NCBI GenBank assembly: GCA_024233595.1
Contig: JACKPK010000001.1
Coordinates: 153,260-217,259, forward strand
Source of the DNA: Deltaproteobacteria bacterium
Lineage (GTDB): Bacteria; UBA10199; JADGCS01
Direction: 5' to 3'
Length of the DNA stretch: 64,000 nt
The stretch's first letter is position 1. Each line of letters begins with the position of its first letter. The position numbers and the translations under genes are program-made. The notes under the pieces are model-generated. The model was given only the letters and a program-made list of their open reading frames with translations, searched no databases and was not told where the DNA came from. Below, piece after piece: positions 50,692-59,596 of this stretch.

Positions 50692-51858
50692 ATGATTTTC
50701 ACCGACTTCTTTTACACGCTTCGCCAATACGGCATTAAGGTCTCTTTTAAAGAGTGGCATGCTTTGCTCAGTGCTCTAGACAAAGGTCTTATTGGCAATA
50801 GCTTGGACCGCTTTTACAACATCGCGCGTGCCATTTTGGTAAAAGACGAAAGCGAGTATGATTTATTTGATCAGATTTTTTTGCACACCTTCCGTGGTGC
50901 CATGGAGCCTTCGGACATCAATGATCAAATTTGGGATTGGTTGAACCGCGTTCCGCTAGAGCGCCACATTTCGCAGGAAGAAATCGACAAACTCAAAAAG
51001 CTCAGTTTGGACGAATTACAAAAACTTTTTGAAGAGCGCCTTAAAGAACAAAAAGAGCAACATCATGGCGGTAACCGTTGGATTGGCACCGGTGGCACCT
51101 CGCCCTTTGGTCATGGCGGCCACCATCCTTCTGGCATGCGTGTGGGCGGGGAATCCGGCAGAAGATCCGCTATGAAAATAGCTGCTGAACGTCGTTTTCG
51201 CAATTACCGCAAAGACCTCACTCTGGACATCCGACAAATTCAAGTGGCTTTAAAAAAATTACGCGAGCTCAAACGTCATGGTTCCCACGAAGAATTGGAT
51301 CTGGACGCCACCATCGAAAAGACCGGCAAGAACGCTGGTGAAATCGAGTTGGTGTTTGCGCCACCACGAAAAAACCAAACCAAACTTTTATTGCTCATGG
51401 ATGTTGGGGGCACAATGGACCCTTACGCCCACCTGGTCAGTCAGCTCTTTAGCGCCGCGCACGCCAGCAATCACTTTAAAGACTTTAAATTTTTTTACTT
51501 TCACAACTGCGTGTACAGTCGTCTTTACACCGATGTTGAACGTTCCAAAACCATTGCCACACAAGATGTGCTCAACAAATACAACGAGGATTACAAACTC
51601 ATTTTTGTGGGGGACGCGTGGATGCACCCTTATGAATTATTTTTTCAGGGTGGGCACATTGATTATTTTTCTAAAGAAAAGGCTTCGGGCATTCATTGGT
51701 TGCAACGGCTCAAACAACATTTTCGCAAAAGCATTTGGTTGAATCCAGAACGACAAAGCTATTGGGGGGCCGACACCATTGCGGCCATTGCTCAGATTTT
51801 CCCGATGTTTCCGCTGAGCATTGCAGGTTTAGAAGAAGGCATCAGTAAGCTAAAATAA
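50692..51858 (+). CDS. VWA-domain (CoxE-like) partner of MoxR
   Basis: GGNRWIGTGGTSPFG, LDLDATI, LLMDVGGTM (MIDAS-like), YFHNC, FVGDAWM, IWLNP. Confidence 0.88.
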   Translation: MIFTDFFYTLRQYGIKVSFKEWHALLSALDKGLIGNSLDRFYNIARAILVKDESEYDLFDQIFLHTFRGAMEPSDINDQIWDWLNRVPLERHISQEEIDKLKKLSLDELQKLFEERLKEQKEQHHGGNRWIGTGGTSPFGHGGHHPSGMRVGGESGRRSAMKIAAERRFRNYRKDLTLDIRQIQVALKKLRELKRHGSHEELDLDATIEKTGKNAGEIELVFAPPRKNQTKLLLLMDVGGTMDPYAHLVSQLFSAAHASNHFKDFKFFYFHNCVYSRLYTDVERSKTIATQDVLNKYNEDYKLIFVGDAWMHPYELFFQGGHIDYFSKEKASGIHWLQRLKQHFRKSIWLNPERQSYWGADTIAAIAQIFPMFPLSIAGLEEGISKLK

Positions 51859-52016
51859 AAAGAGCCCCAAAAGATCAGATCGAAGCAAGCCCAAATAGCC
51901 TAGATCGTCTCCCAGGGGCCACGGAGAAGAGGAATCTTTCCTCACCCCCATCTTCGAGACCTTGATTCATAAGTTGCGTGTTTTTTTAAAAAATAATGAT
52001 GCTGCAAAAATAAAGG

Positions 52017-52859
52017 CTAAAACGGCACATTGCTCTCGACCCAAGTCACTTCGCCCTGTTCATCGGGAACACCAAGTTCACTAGCGTGTAAATACAAACG
52101 ATCCGCGCTTTTGCCGCCATAAAGTTCATCACCCAATAAGGGAGATCCAAGCAAAGCCAGGTGCGCTCGGATTTGATGACGACGCCCTGTGATCAAGCGC
52201 AGCTGGTAACGGATGCCCTGATCGCAAAGTTCGGCAGCGATGATCTCGGTGACGACTTTCAAAGCGCCCTCTTCTTCTTCGAAGGACAAATAGACCTGAT
52301 CAGAACCTTTGCTCTTTAATAGCTGGTAGGCTTGGTAAACCCCAAGTTCTAAAGCCTCACCCGTGGCAACACAGTGATAAATTTTTTCGACCTTGTTTTT
52401 AGAAAACTGATCACGCAAAAATTCATAGGCCTGCTTGTTTTTGCCCGCCACCACAACACCCGATGTTTCAAAATCCAAACGATGCGCAAGCCCGGCTTCT
52501 AGAGGATGAATCTGCAACTGCTCGGGACGCAACGCAGCCAAATAATTGGCCACCGTATCGTGGTCTTGTCTGGTTTGAGCCACAGAATGCATTTGGCTGG
52601 GTTTTTCGATAAAAAGCCAATCGTCAGTGCTGTGTAAGATCTGACAAGGCAAATCAGCATGACCCTGCAATTGATCTTGTATTTGGGCAATGCTCAGTTG
52701 CGCGATCTCGGATTCTAAAACCCAGGAATTAACACCCATGGGCTTTTTGCCACAGTAAACATTTTGTTGTTCCAGATGGCCTTTGATTTCGGCGCGGGAA
52801 AGCTCAGGAAAGATTTTTTTAAGCGCTTGCCGCACACGGATTTTATTATCTGCCGTCAT
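52017..52859 (-). CDS. RluA-family pseudouridine synthase
   Basis: IEKPS, AHRLDFETSG (catalytic Asp), LITGRRHQIRAHL, GDELYG, LYLHA. Confidence 0.92.
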   Translation of the reverse strand: MTADNKIRVRQALKKIFPELSRAEIKGHLEQQNVYCGKKPMGVNSWVLESEIAQLSIAQIQDQLQGHADLPCQILHSTDDWLFIEKPSQMHSVAQTRQDHDTVANYLAALRPEQLQIHPLEAGLAHRLDFETSGVVVAGKNKQAYEFLRDQFSKNKVEKIYHCVATGEALELGVYQAYQLLKSKGSDQVYLSFEEEEGALKVVTEIIAAELCDQGIRYQLRLITGRRHQIRAHLALLGSPLLGDELYGGKSADRLYLHASELGVPDEQGEVTWVESNVPF

Positions 52860-52948
52860 AAATATATTTTACAGCCTTTACGTCATGCCCATTTTTCGGG
52901 TAAATTCCCTTTATAAAAGCGTCCGTAAAAAAACCAGAGCATAAAGGC

Positions 52949-53863
52949 ATGAATTCCCAGATCCAGCAAAAATACTTTAAAACCTTTGATGGCCACAAAA
53001 TCGGTTACCAAGTCATGGGCAAAGGCAAAAAACCTTTTGTACTGTGTAATGGGCTTGGTGGCAGTGCCATTGCCTGGAAACCCATTGTCGATCAATTTCA
53101 AAATGAATACCGTTTCATCACTTGGGACTATTGTGGCCTTTTTAGCTCCGAAACAAAAGACACCCCAGATGACTTACGCATTGAACGCCATGTCAAAGAC
53201 ATGGAAGCCCTGCTCAAACACGAAGGCATCAAAAAAGCTGTCTTTGGCGCTTGGTCCATGGGTGTGCAAGTCTGTTTAGATTACTATCGTGATCATTCAG
53301 AGCAATACCAAGGCATGGTGCTTTTTAACGGCGCTGCCGGGGAACCTTACAACACCGTTTTAAATTCCAAACTCAGTAAATTTGTTTTGCCAGTTTTAAA
53401 CCAGCAAATCATCCGACTCATGCCGATCATGCAACCGCGTTTGCAACCTCTTGCGGAATTGGTTGTTGATCACAAAGAATTCATCCGCATCATCAAACGA
53501 TTAAAAATCGTGCATCAAAATTTAGATACCGAAATCTTTCGGCAAGTCGCGCTTTCGATGATGAAAACCAACCTCACCGTTTATCATCATATTTTAGAAT
53601 GCCTAAGCCTTCACGACGCCTCAGACGTTTTACCACATATCGAGATCCCCACATTGGTGATGGCCGGCAGCCGCGATGTGCTCACGCCACAAAAGGTCGC
53701 CGAAAGCATGGTGGAACAAATCCCCCATGCAGAACTGCTTGTGCTTCCGCAAGGATCTCATTACATGCTTTTGGAATTCCCTGAGTGGATCAATAAACGT
53801 TTGGATCAGTTTTTAAACGAGCACCAACTCATTGGCAAAAGAAAGAAATCACAAAAAACATGA
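52949..53863 (+). CDS. Alpha/beta hydrolase
   Basis: CNGLGG oxyanion loop, AWSMG nucleophile elbow, GSRD acid, GSHY His. Confidence 0.9.
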   Translation: MNSQIQQKYFKTFDGHKIGYQVMGKGKKPFVLCNGLGGSAIAWKPIVDQFQNEYRFITWDYCGLFSSETKDTPDDLRIERHVKDMEALLKHEGIKKAVFGAWSMGVQVCLDYYRDHSEQYQGMVLFNGAAGEPYNTVLNSKLSKFVLPVLNQQIIRLMPIMQPRLQPLAELVVDHKEFIRIIKRLKIVHQNLDTEIFRQVALSMMKTNLTVYHHILECLSLHDASDVLPHIEIPTLVMAGSRDVLTPQKVAESMVEQIPHAELLVLPQGSHYMLLEFPEWINKRLDQFLNEHQLIGKRKKSQKT

Positions 53864-55449
53864 GCACGTCCTCTGACATTTTAATCATTGGTTCCGGCAT
53901 CAGCGGTTTAAGTCTGGCCATTAAGTTGGCCAATGAACACAATGTGTTTGTGGTGACAAAACGCGAAGCCATGGAATCCAACACCCGTTACGCACAAGGT
54001 GGTATCGCCTCTGTCATGACTCACCCGGATAATTTTGACGCACACATTCAAGATACCCTAGAAGCCGGTTCGCATCTTTGTGATCCCAAAGTGGTCGAGC
54101 AAGTGGTGTGCTCTGGCCCAGCTTTAATTCAAGAGCTTTTGCAAGCCGGTGTTAAATTTGCCAAAACAGATGACGATCACTTTGATTTGGGTCGCGAAGG
54201 TGGCCATTCTGAACGCCGTGTTTTGCACGCCATGGACTTAACGGGTTTCGAAATCGAAAAAAAACTTTTACGCAAAGCGCGCAAGAACCCGCGCATTCAT
54301 TTTTTAGAACACCACATTGCCATCGACCTCATCAGCGATCGCCATCTTAAAAAATCCGCCAAAAATAAATTAATTTACGGTGCTTATATCTTAGACAAAA
54401 ACACCGGCAAGATCCTAACCCTGCGTGCAGACGTGACTGTCTTAGCCACGGGTGGCGCAGGCAAAACTTATTTGTACACCAGCAACCCAGACATTGCCAC
54501 TGGTGATGGCATAGCCATGGCTTACCGAGCTGGCTGCGAAATTGCTAATCTGGAGTTTGTGCAGTTCCACCCCACTTGCTTGCACGACCCACGCGCTAAA
54601 TCCTTTTTGATTTCAGAAGCCATGCGTGGTGAAGGTGGCACTTTGCGTTTGATGAACGGCAAAGCCTTCATGAAAGACTACCACAAAATGGGCGACCTGG
54701 CGCCGCGCGATCACGTGGCACGTGCGATCGATTTTGAACTGAAAAAACGCGGTGATCGTTTTGTGACTTTAGACATGACACATCTGGATCGCACCTTTTT
54801 AAAAGAACGCTTCCCCACCATTTACAAAACCTGCCGTCGCTATGGTTTTGACATGGCAAAAGAAGCCATCCCGGTTGTGCCCGCCGCGCATTATTTTTGT
54901 GGCGGTGTGCGTGTGAACCTAAAGGGTCAAACAGCTCTAGAAAATCTCTACGCCATTGGCGAAGTCAGTTGCACAGGATTGCATGGTGCCAATCGCTTGG
55001 CTTCTAATTCCTTGCTCGAAGGTTTGGTTTACGCTGACAAGGTTGCCAAAGACATTTTAAAATCGCCCCCTACATCTAAAAAAGATGTGAAGGTCAGAGA
55101 CTGGGACCCAGGCAAAGCCATTGATTCCGATGAAGCCGTGGTCATCATCCAAAACTGGGATGAGGTGCGCCGTATGATGTGGAACTATGTCGGCATTGTG
55201 CGCAGCACCAAACGCTTGTTGCGTGCCAAACGGCGCGTGGATGTGCTTTTGGAAGAAATCAAAGAATACTACTGGGATTTTACCCCCACGGCTGACCTTT
55301 TAGAACTGCGCAACCTGGCTCGTGTGGCTGATCTGACCATTCGCTGCGCGTTGCAACGCAAAGAATCTATTGGACTCAACCACAACATCGATTACCCAGA
55401 GCCAAAAGCCAAGAGCAAACGCTTTAATGTGATCAGAAAGTTTTCATGA
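53860..55449 (+). CDS. nadB: L-aspartate oxidase
   Basis: GSGISG, SNTRYAQGG, REGGHSERR, QFHPT, LISEAMRGEG, LAPRD, HGANRLASNSL, ESIGLNH. Confidence 0.95.
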   Translation: MSTSSDILIIGSGISGLSLAIKLANEHNVFVVTKREAMESNTRYAQGGIASVMTHPDNFDAHIQDTLEAGSHLCDPKVVEQVVCSGPALIQELLQAGVKFAKTDDDHFDLGREGGHSERRVLHAMDLTGFEIEKKLLRKARKNPRIHFLEHHIAIDLISDRHLKKSAKNKLIYGAYILDKNTGKILTLRADVTVLATGGAGKTYLYTSNPDIATGDGIAMAYRAGCEIANLEFVQFHPTCLHDPRAKSFLISEAMRGEGGTLRLMNGKAFMKDYHKMGDLAPRDHVARAIDFELKKRGDRFVTLDMTHLDRTFLKERFPTIYKTCRRYGFDMAKEAIPVVPAAHYFCGGVRVNLKGQTALENLYAIGEVSCTGLHGANRLASNSLLEGLVYADKVAKDILKSPPTSKKDVKVRDWDPGKAIDSDEAVVIIQNWDEVRRMMWNYVGIVRSTKRLLRAKRRVDVLLEEIKEYYWDFTPTADLLELRNLARVADLTIRCALQRKESIGLNHNIDYPEPKAKSKRFNVIRKFS

Positions 55450-56204
55450 GTCAAAATCTAAAAATTCAAGACGTGGTGATTTTAGCAGCCGGTAAAGGCA
55501 CGCGTTTAAAAAACATCACAGAGAATTTACCCAAAGCGCTGGTGCCAGTTGCCAACAAGCCTATCGTTTTGCACGTTTTAGAATTCTTGAATCAACTTGG
55601 TCCCCTGCGCGTTCATTTTGCTTTGGGATTTTGTGGCGAAGCCATTCGTGATTTTTGCGCTAAACAAAATTTAGAAAATCTGAGTTTTCATTTTTACGAA
55701 AACGATCTCTACGATCAAACCAACAACGCCTATTCTTTGCACCAGATCACCAAAGATTTAAACCGCGCCTTTGTTTTGATCGATGGCGATTTGATTTTAG
55801 ACAAAGCGACCTTAGAGCAAGCACTTTGCTCTGAGCAAAGCCAGCTCTTTTGCGACACCCGGGTTGACCGGCTTGACGAAGAAGCCATGAAGGTTCTTTG
55901 TGACTCGCCAGACTCTCAAAGCATCACTAAAATTTCCAAAAAACTATCCATTGCGGGATCGCAGGGTGAGTACATTGGTCTCTTGAGCTTGCAAGCAGAC
56001 TGGGCCACAGCACTTGCCAAACAATTACACACCGATATGCAGAACAAAGATTATTGGAATGATTATTACGAAGACGCTTTGCAACGCATTTTAGATAGCG
56101 AGCAAAGTTTAAGTCCTTTGCAACTGACCTGCATTGGCGAAAGTGCCTGGTGCGAAATCGACGATCAAGACGATTTAGACCGCGCCCATCTGCTATTTAA
56201 GTAA
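55446..56204 (+). CDS. LicC-like sugar/choline-phosphate nucleotidyltransferase
   Basis: ILAAGKGTRL, PKALV, TNNAYSL, DGDL, EEAMKV, GEYIG, WCEIDDQDDL. Confidence 0.88.
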   Translation: MSQNLKIQDVVILAAGKGTRLKNITENLPKALVPVANKPIVLHVLEFLNQLGPLRVHFALGFCGEAIRDFCAKQNLENLSFHFYENDLYDQTNNAYSLHQITKDLNRAFVLIDGDLILDKATLEQALCSEQSQLFCDTRVDRLDEEAMKVLCDSPDSQSITKISKKLSIAGSQGEYIGLLSLQADWATALAKQLHTDMQNKDYWNDYYEDALQRILDSEQSLSPLQLTCIGESAWCEIDDQDDLDRAHLLFK

Positions 56205-56333
56205 AAAAAAGAGACCCGGGGGGGTGCTACGGCCCAAGTGGCCGTGCCAGGGCGCACAACGCCAAGCTTACCTTCTGGCAAGCTTTCCCGCAGTGCACTT
56301 TGCTGCGGCTTTTGCCGCAGAGAATTATTAAAA

Positions 56334-56360
56334 AAAAAGAGACCCGGAGGGTCTCTTTTT
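56334..56360. terminator. Bidirectional intrinsic terminator
   Basis: AAAAAGAGACCC-GGA-GGGTCTCTTTTT, a perfect hairpin with A/T tracts on both sides, between convergent genes. Confidence 0.85.
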
Positions 56361-56365
56361 AGATT

Positions 56366-56467
56366 CTGAATCATCAAATTTTCTGCACGACGTGAGTTAG
56401 CTGGCCTCATCACCCAAGGGCCAACCGCTACAAGCAATGTTGTTTCGCAGAAAGAAAAATGCTCCAG
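56366..56467 (-). ncRNA. Candidate rod-shaped structured RNA ending at the terminator
   Basis: Manual pairing: CUGGA/UUCAG, CAU/AUG, UUUCUGC/GCAGAAA, central bubble, GGUUGGCC/GGCCAGCU apical stem. No family recognised. Confidence 0.3.
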
Positions 56468-56583
56468 CCCAATACGAAGCCTAAAAACCAATGCCTTAGG
56501 CTCTATTTACTCTTAACGGATTTAAAAATACCCATCTTTAAAAATTTTTTTTAGAAATATAACCTACTGAAAAAACGAAGATT

Positions 56584-56928
56584 TTAAATAATCTCCTCTT
56601 CCTCGTCATCATCATCACTGTATTCTTGATCGTCGATTTCATCGTCGTCAAAGTTCATGCCCTTTAGATTAGGCGATTCGTCGTCAGAGTCTTCAAAATT
56701 AAGAGTTTCATCAACCCAAACTTTATTTTTGTAATCCTCGATATCTAAGTCTTCCAATACTTCGTCAATGACTTCGAGTTCTTCTTGGCTAGACACGCGG
56801 CCCGAAAGCGTGATGCTGCCATCAACCACTTCGATATCAATGTAGTTCATACTCAAGCGGCCGTCTTCTTCAAATGCCTCTAACATGGCTTCTAAAATCT
56901 CTTCATCTTGCATGGTTTCAATTCTCAT
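56584..56928 (-). CDS. BON-domain protein with a highly acidic tail
   Basis: IDIEVVDGSITLSGRVSS BON pattern; D/E-rich C-terminus. Confidence 0.75.
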   Translation of the reverse strand: MRIETMQDEEILEAMLEAFEEDGRLSMNYIDIEVVDGSITLSGRVSSQEELEVIDEVLEDLDIEDYKNKVWVDETLNFEDSDDESPNLKGMNFDDDEIDDQEYSDDDDEEEEII

Positions 56929-57024
56929 GACTGTGTGCCTTTCAAAACAAAAATGATCCCTAAATTGGGATGCAAGCGTGGCCTAAATAGATAAATGCCT
57001 TTGTTTGTCAAATTTTTTAGGAAA

Positions 57025-58047
57025 CTATTCGATCTTTTTGCCAGCTTTGATTTTTTTAATGTAATCAGCGACTTGTGCAAAATCCATCACCAAAATCCCA
57101 ACCGCCATCCAAAACAGAACCCGCAAGCGGCGCACGATTTGAACACTGAGGCCAATTTCACCATCAAATCCATACAGAACAGAAAAATTAGCATAAAGAG
57201 CTTCCACCACACCCAGTGCACCAGGAATCCAGCCAAAAACCACTGTAAAAAATGAAGTGAGCGCAATGAGGATCAAACAAAACACCAATTCCCATCGTCC
57301 CGTGAAACAATACAGGATGATCATGATCTCGACACCGCCTAAGACACGACCAACAAAGTGATAAAGGAAAGCAAGCCACACTGGGATTTTAGAGCGGTCT
57401 TTGTAAAATTCAAGATGCTCTCGCAGTTCGATGAGCTTTTGACCTGGCTGAGGGAAGCGCTTCCAACGGATGAGCAAACGCACAAATGGTTCAAGCACTC
57501 CGTAACCTTTGCCAGAAACCATTGAGATCAATAAACTTCCCATGACTGTGCAGAGAAAAATGTAAATGAGAACCATGATGATGTGCAACCAAGCCGGGAA
57601 CTCAATGGGCTGCGTGAGCAAAAGCGCCAAACCCACCAAATTAAAAACGTTGGCGGCCAAACTGTGTAAGGTGCGGTCAATCACCACGGATCGCAAACGC
57701 GAATCGGGACCCACAAGTTTACGTAGTAAAAGAATGCGCACGGGATCGCCCACCATGAAACCCAAAGGCGTCATGAAGTTCACCCCTTCTCCACTGAGTT
57801 TTATTTTGAGCAAGCCTCTAAACGGCACCCTTGGGCGAACTCCACGAAACAGCTGCTGCCAGGCGCGCGTGTAAAACAACATCCACAAAAAAGAATTAGC
57901 AATCACCCATAAATAAAAACCACGAACCTCACCGAGTTTATGTAAAACAACAGAGAAGCCACCAAATTTTTGAATGGAGACAACAAAGAGGCCAAGGCCA
58001 ATGATCAGACTGATCAGTCTTAATAAATTAGATAATCCCTTTTTCAC
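57025..58047 (-). CDS. Lysylphosphatidylglycerol-synthase-TM/flippase-like membrane protein (UPF0104-like)
   Basis: About eight TM; GEGVNFMTPLGFMVGDPVRI, VVIDR, WIPGALGVVE, VRRL motifs. Confidence 0.75.
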   Translation of the reverse strand: MKKGLSNLLRLISLIIGLGLFVVSIQKFGGFSVVLHKLGEVRGFYLWVIANSFLWMLFYTRAWQQLFRGVRPRVPFRGLLKIKLSGEGVNFMTPLGFMVGDPVRILLLRKLVGPDSRLRSVVIDRTLHSLAANVFNLVGLALLLTQPIEFPAWLHIIMVLIYIFLCTVMGSLLISMVSGKGYGVLEPFVRLLIRWKRFPQPGQKLIELREHLEFYKDRSKIPVWLAFLYHFVGRVLGGVEIMIILYCFTGRWELVFCLILIALTSFFTVVFGWIPGALGVVEALYANFSVLYGFDGEIGLSVQIVRRLRVLFWMAVGILVMDFAQVADYIKKIKAGKKIE

Positions 58048-58056
58048 AAAAGGCCT

Positions 58057-58767
58057 TTAAGAAATGTTTTTACTGATGATGCTTCTTGCTTTGGCAAGAT
58101 CGTCATCGGTATCGATTTCGGTCCACCACGAACCTGAAATGTCGATCATTTGGACAACATTGTGCTTGGCATACTGGTTCACGACTTCTTCAACGTGCAC
58201 CGCATCGCCTTTTTCGCGCAAAACACTCGCACATGTTTTAAGGTATTCCAAGGAGCAATTTTCTGGCACGTAAGTGACACCAACATAACCTCTTAAATGG
58301 CTCGGCAAGGCTTTAGACATTTTAGAAAATTCATCACGCAACACTTCTATTTTCATGTCATCGTCTGCAAGTGGGCGGTCCTGATCAAAAAACACACAGA
58401 GCTGGTTTTGTTGATTTTGATCATTCATGAGCTGATAGGTTCTGCTTGAATAAAAATGATCGGCATTAAAAACAAAAAAACCATCTTTAAGAAACGCTTC
58501 GGCCGTGAGCAGACTCAATAAGTTACCCTTTTGGTAGTCTTTGTTTCTAAGAAGAGTGATTTGCGGGAAATTTGTCTGCAAATAACTTTGCAAGGATTCA
58601 AAATCGTAACCACCCACAACAACAATAGAGTCAAAGCCACAACTTTGCATCGCTTGCAACTGCAAGCCCAAATAGATTTGATTCTGTCCGACTGTGACCA
58701 GAGACTTAGGGCCTTGCACTTCTTTTAAACGGGTGCCCATTCCCGCAGCCATCACAATGGCTTTCAC
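58057..58767 (-). CDS. Second LicC-like nucleotidyltransferase
   Basis: IVMAAGMGTRL, GPKSL, GNLLSL, NADH, DDDMK, GYVG, WTEIDTDDDL. Confidence 0.87.
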   Translation of the reverse strand: MKAIVMAAGMGTRLKEVQGPKSLVTVGQNQIYLGLQLQAMQSCGFDSIVVVGGYDFESLQSYLQTNFPQITLLRNKDYQKGNLLSLLTAEAFLKDGFFVFNADHFYSSRTYQLMNDQNQQNQLCVFFDQDRPLADDDMKIEVLRDEFSKMSKALPSHLRGYVGVTYVPENCSLEYLKTCASVLREKGDAVHVEEVVNQYAKHNVVQMIDISGSWWTEIDTDDDLAKARSIISKNIS

Positions 58768-59459
58768 GCAAACCTCTTTTGACGATCCGCAGATTGGTTT
58801 TGATTGGCCGCTTGAGCACGGAGTAAAGTCAATAGCTCGCTAAGGTTTTCTAGAGCGATGACATCTGGGTGATGCTCATTAAAATCAGAGCGTTCAAAGG
58901 TTCCAATTTTAGCAGCAAAGTTTATTTTATTTTCTTTGGCCATTTTGGCATCGTGCAGAGAGTCTCCAATAAAAAGAATCTGAGAAGGAGCAAAACCATA
59001 TTCAGACTGAATGCAATCGAAGTGATCTTTGCCTTTAAGAAACCCTGGTTGATACCCTAAAATACGTTTGAACGAAATGGGCAGCTGACTGATCTTTTCT
59101 TCAACGTTTGCCTGATGATTATTAGAAGACACAAAAAGAACAAATTCTTGCGCCAAGCTTTCTAGAACAGGCAGCACATCATTAAAAAAGGGAGCCTTGT
59201 CATAATCTAAAACTTTGCGAGTTTCGAATTCCTGCACAGCCTCTTCTATGTTTTGATGATCAGGAAAAATACTTTGAACTTGAAAGCGGAATGGCAAACC
59301 AGAAGTTTGACGGTAAGCTGCACGAGCCTCCGAAGGCGACAAACCAAAAAAATCAGTCAGAACCTCTTGGGCCACTTCCGAAAAATCGCGCATGGAATCC
59401 ACCAAGGTGCCATCCAAATCAAAAACCAGCGCTTTTACTTCATTAAACTTGTTGTTCAT
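58764..59459 (-). CDS. HAD-superfamily phosphatase
   Basis: FDLDGTLVDS, VSSN, KGK, FIGDSLHD; overlaps the next start. Confidence 0.92.
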   Translation of the reverse strand: MNNKFNEVKALVFDLDGTLVDSMRDFSEVAQEVLTDFFGLSPSEARAAYRQTSGLPFRFQVQSIFPDHQNIEEAVQEFETRKVLDYDKAPFFNDVLPVLESLAQEFVLFVSSNNHQANVEEKISQLPISFKRILGYQPGFLKGKDHFDCIQSEYGFAPSQILFIGDSLHDAKMAKENKINFAAKIGTFERSDFNEHHPDVIALENLSELLTLLRAQAANQNQSADRQKRFA

Positions 59460-59596
59460 GTTGTGCTCTTTCGAATTTTCTGTCTAAAAAATGAATCCAA
59501 GATCCCTACACCTGAGTCTCATTTTTAATCAAGATTTGGATTCCAAATCCTTGTCGATTTTCACAAAACCCGTTAAACAGAGGCCTCGGAGGCCCT

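Noticed and set aside
51873-51970. Possible RNase P or other ncRNA fragment, or a 31-aa ORF, between the VWA and rluA genes
   Set aside because: GAGGAAAG is not followed by the RNase P GTCC motif, only a 5-bp hairpin is present, and the small ORF lacks an RBS.
56165-56491. 108-aa minus-strand ORF
   Set aside because: It runs through a strong terminator and hairpins, overlaps the end of the nucleotidyltransferase, and has no protein-like features.
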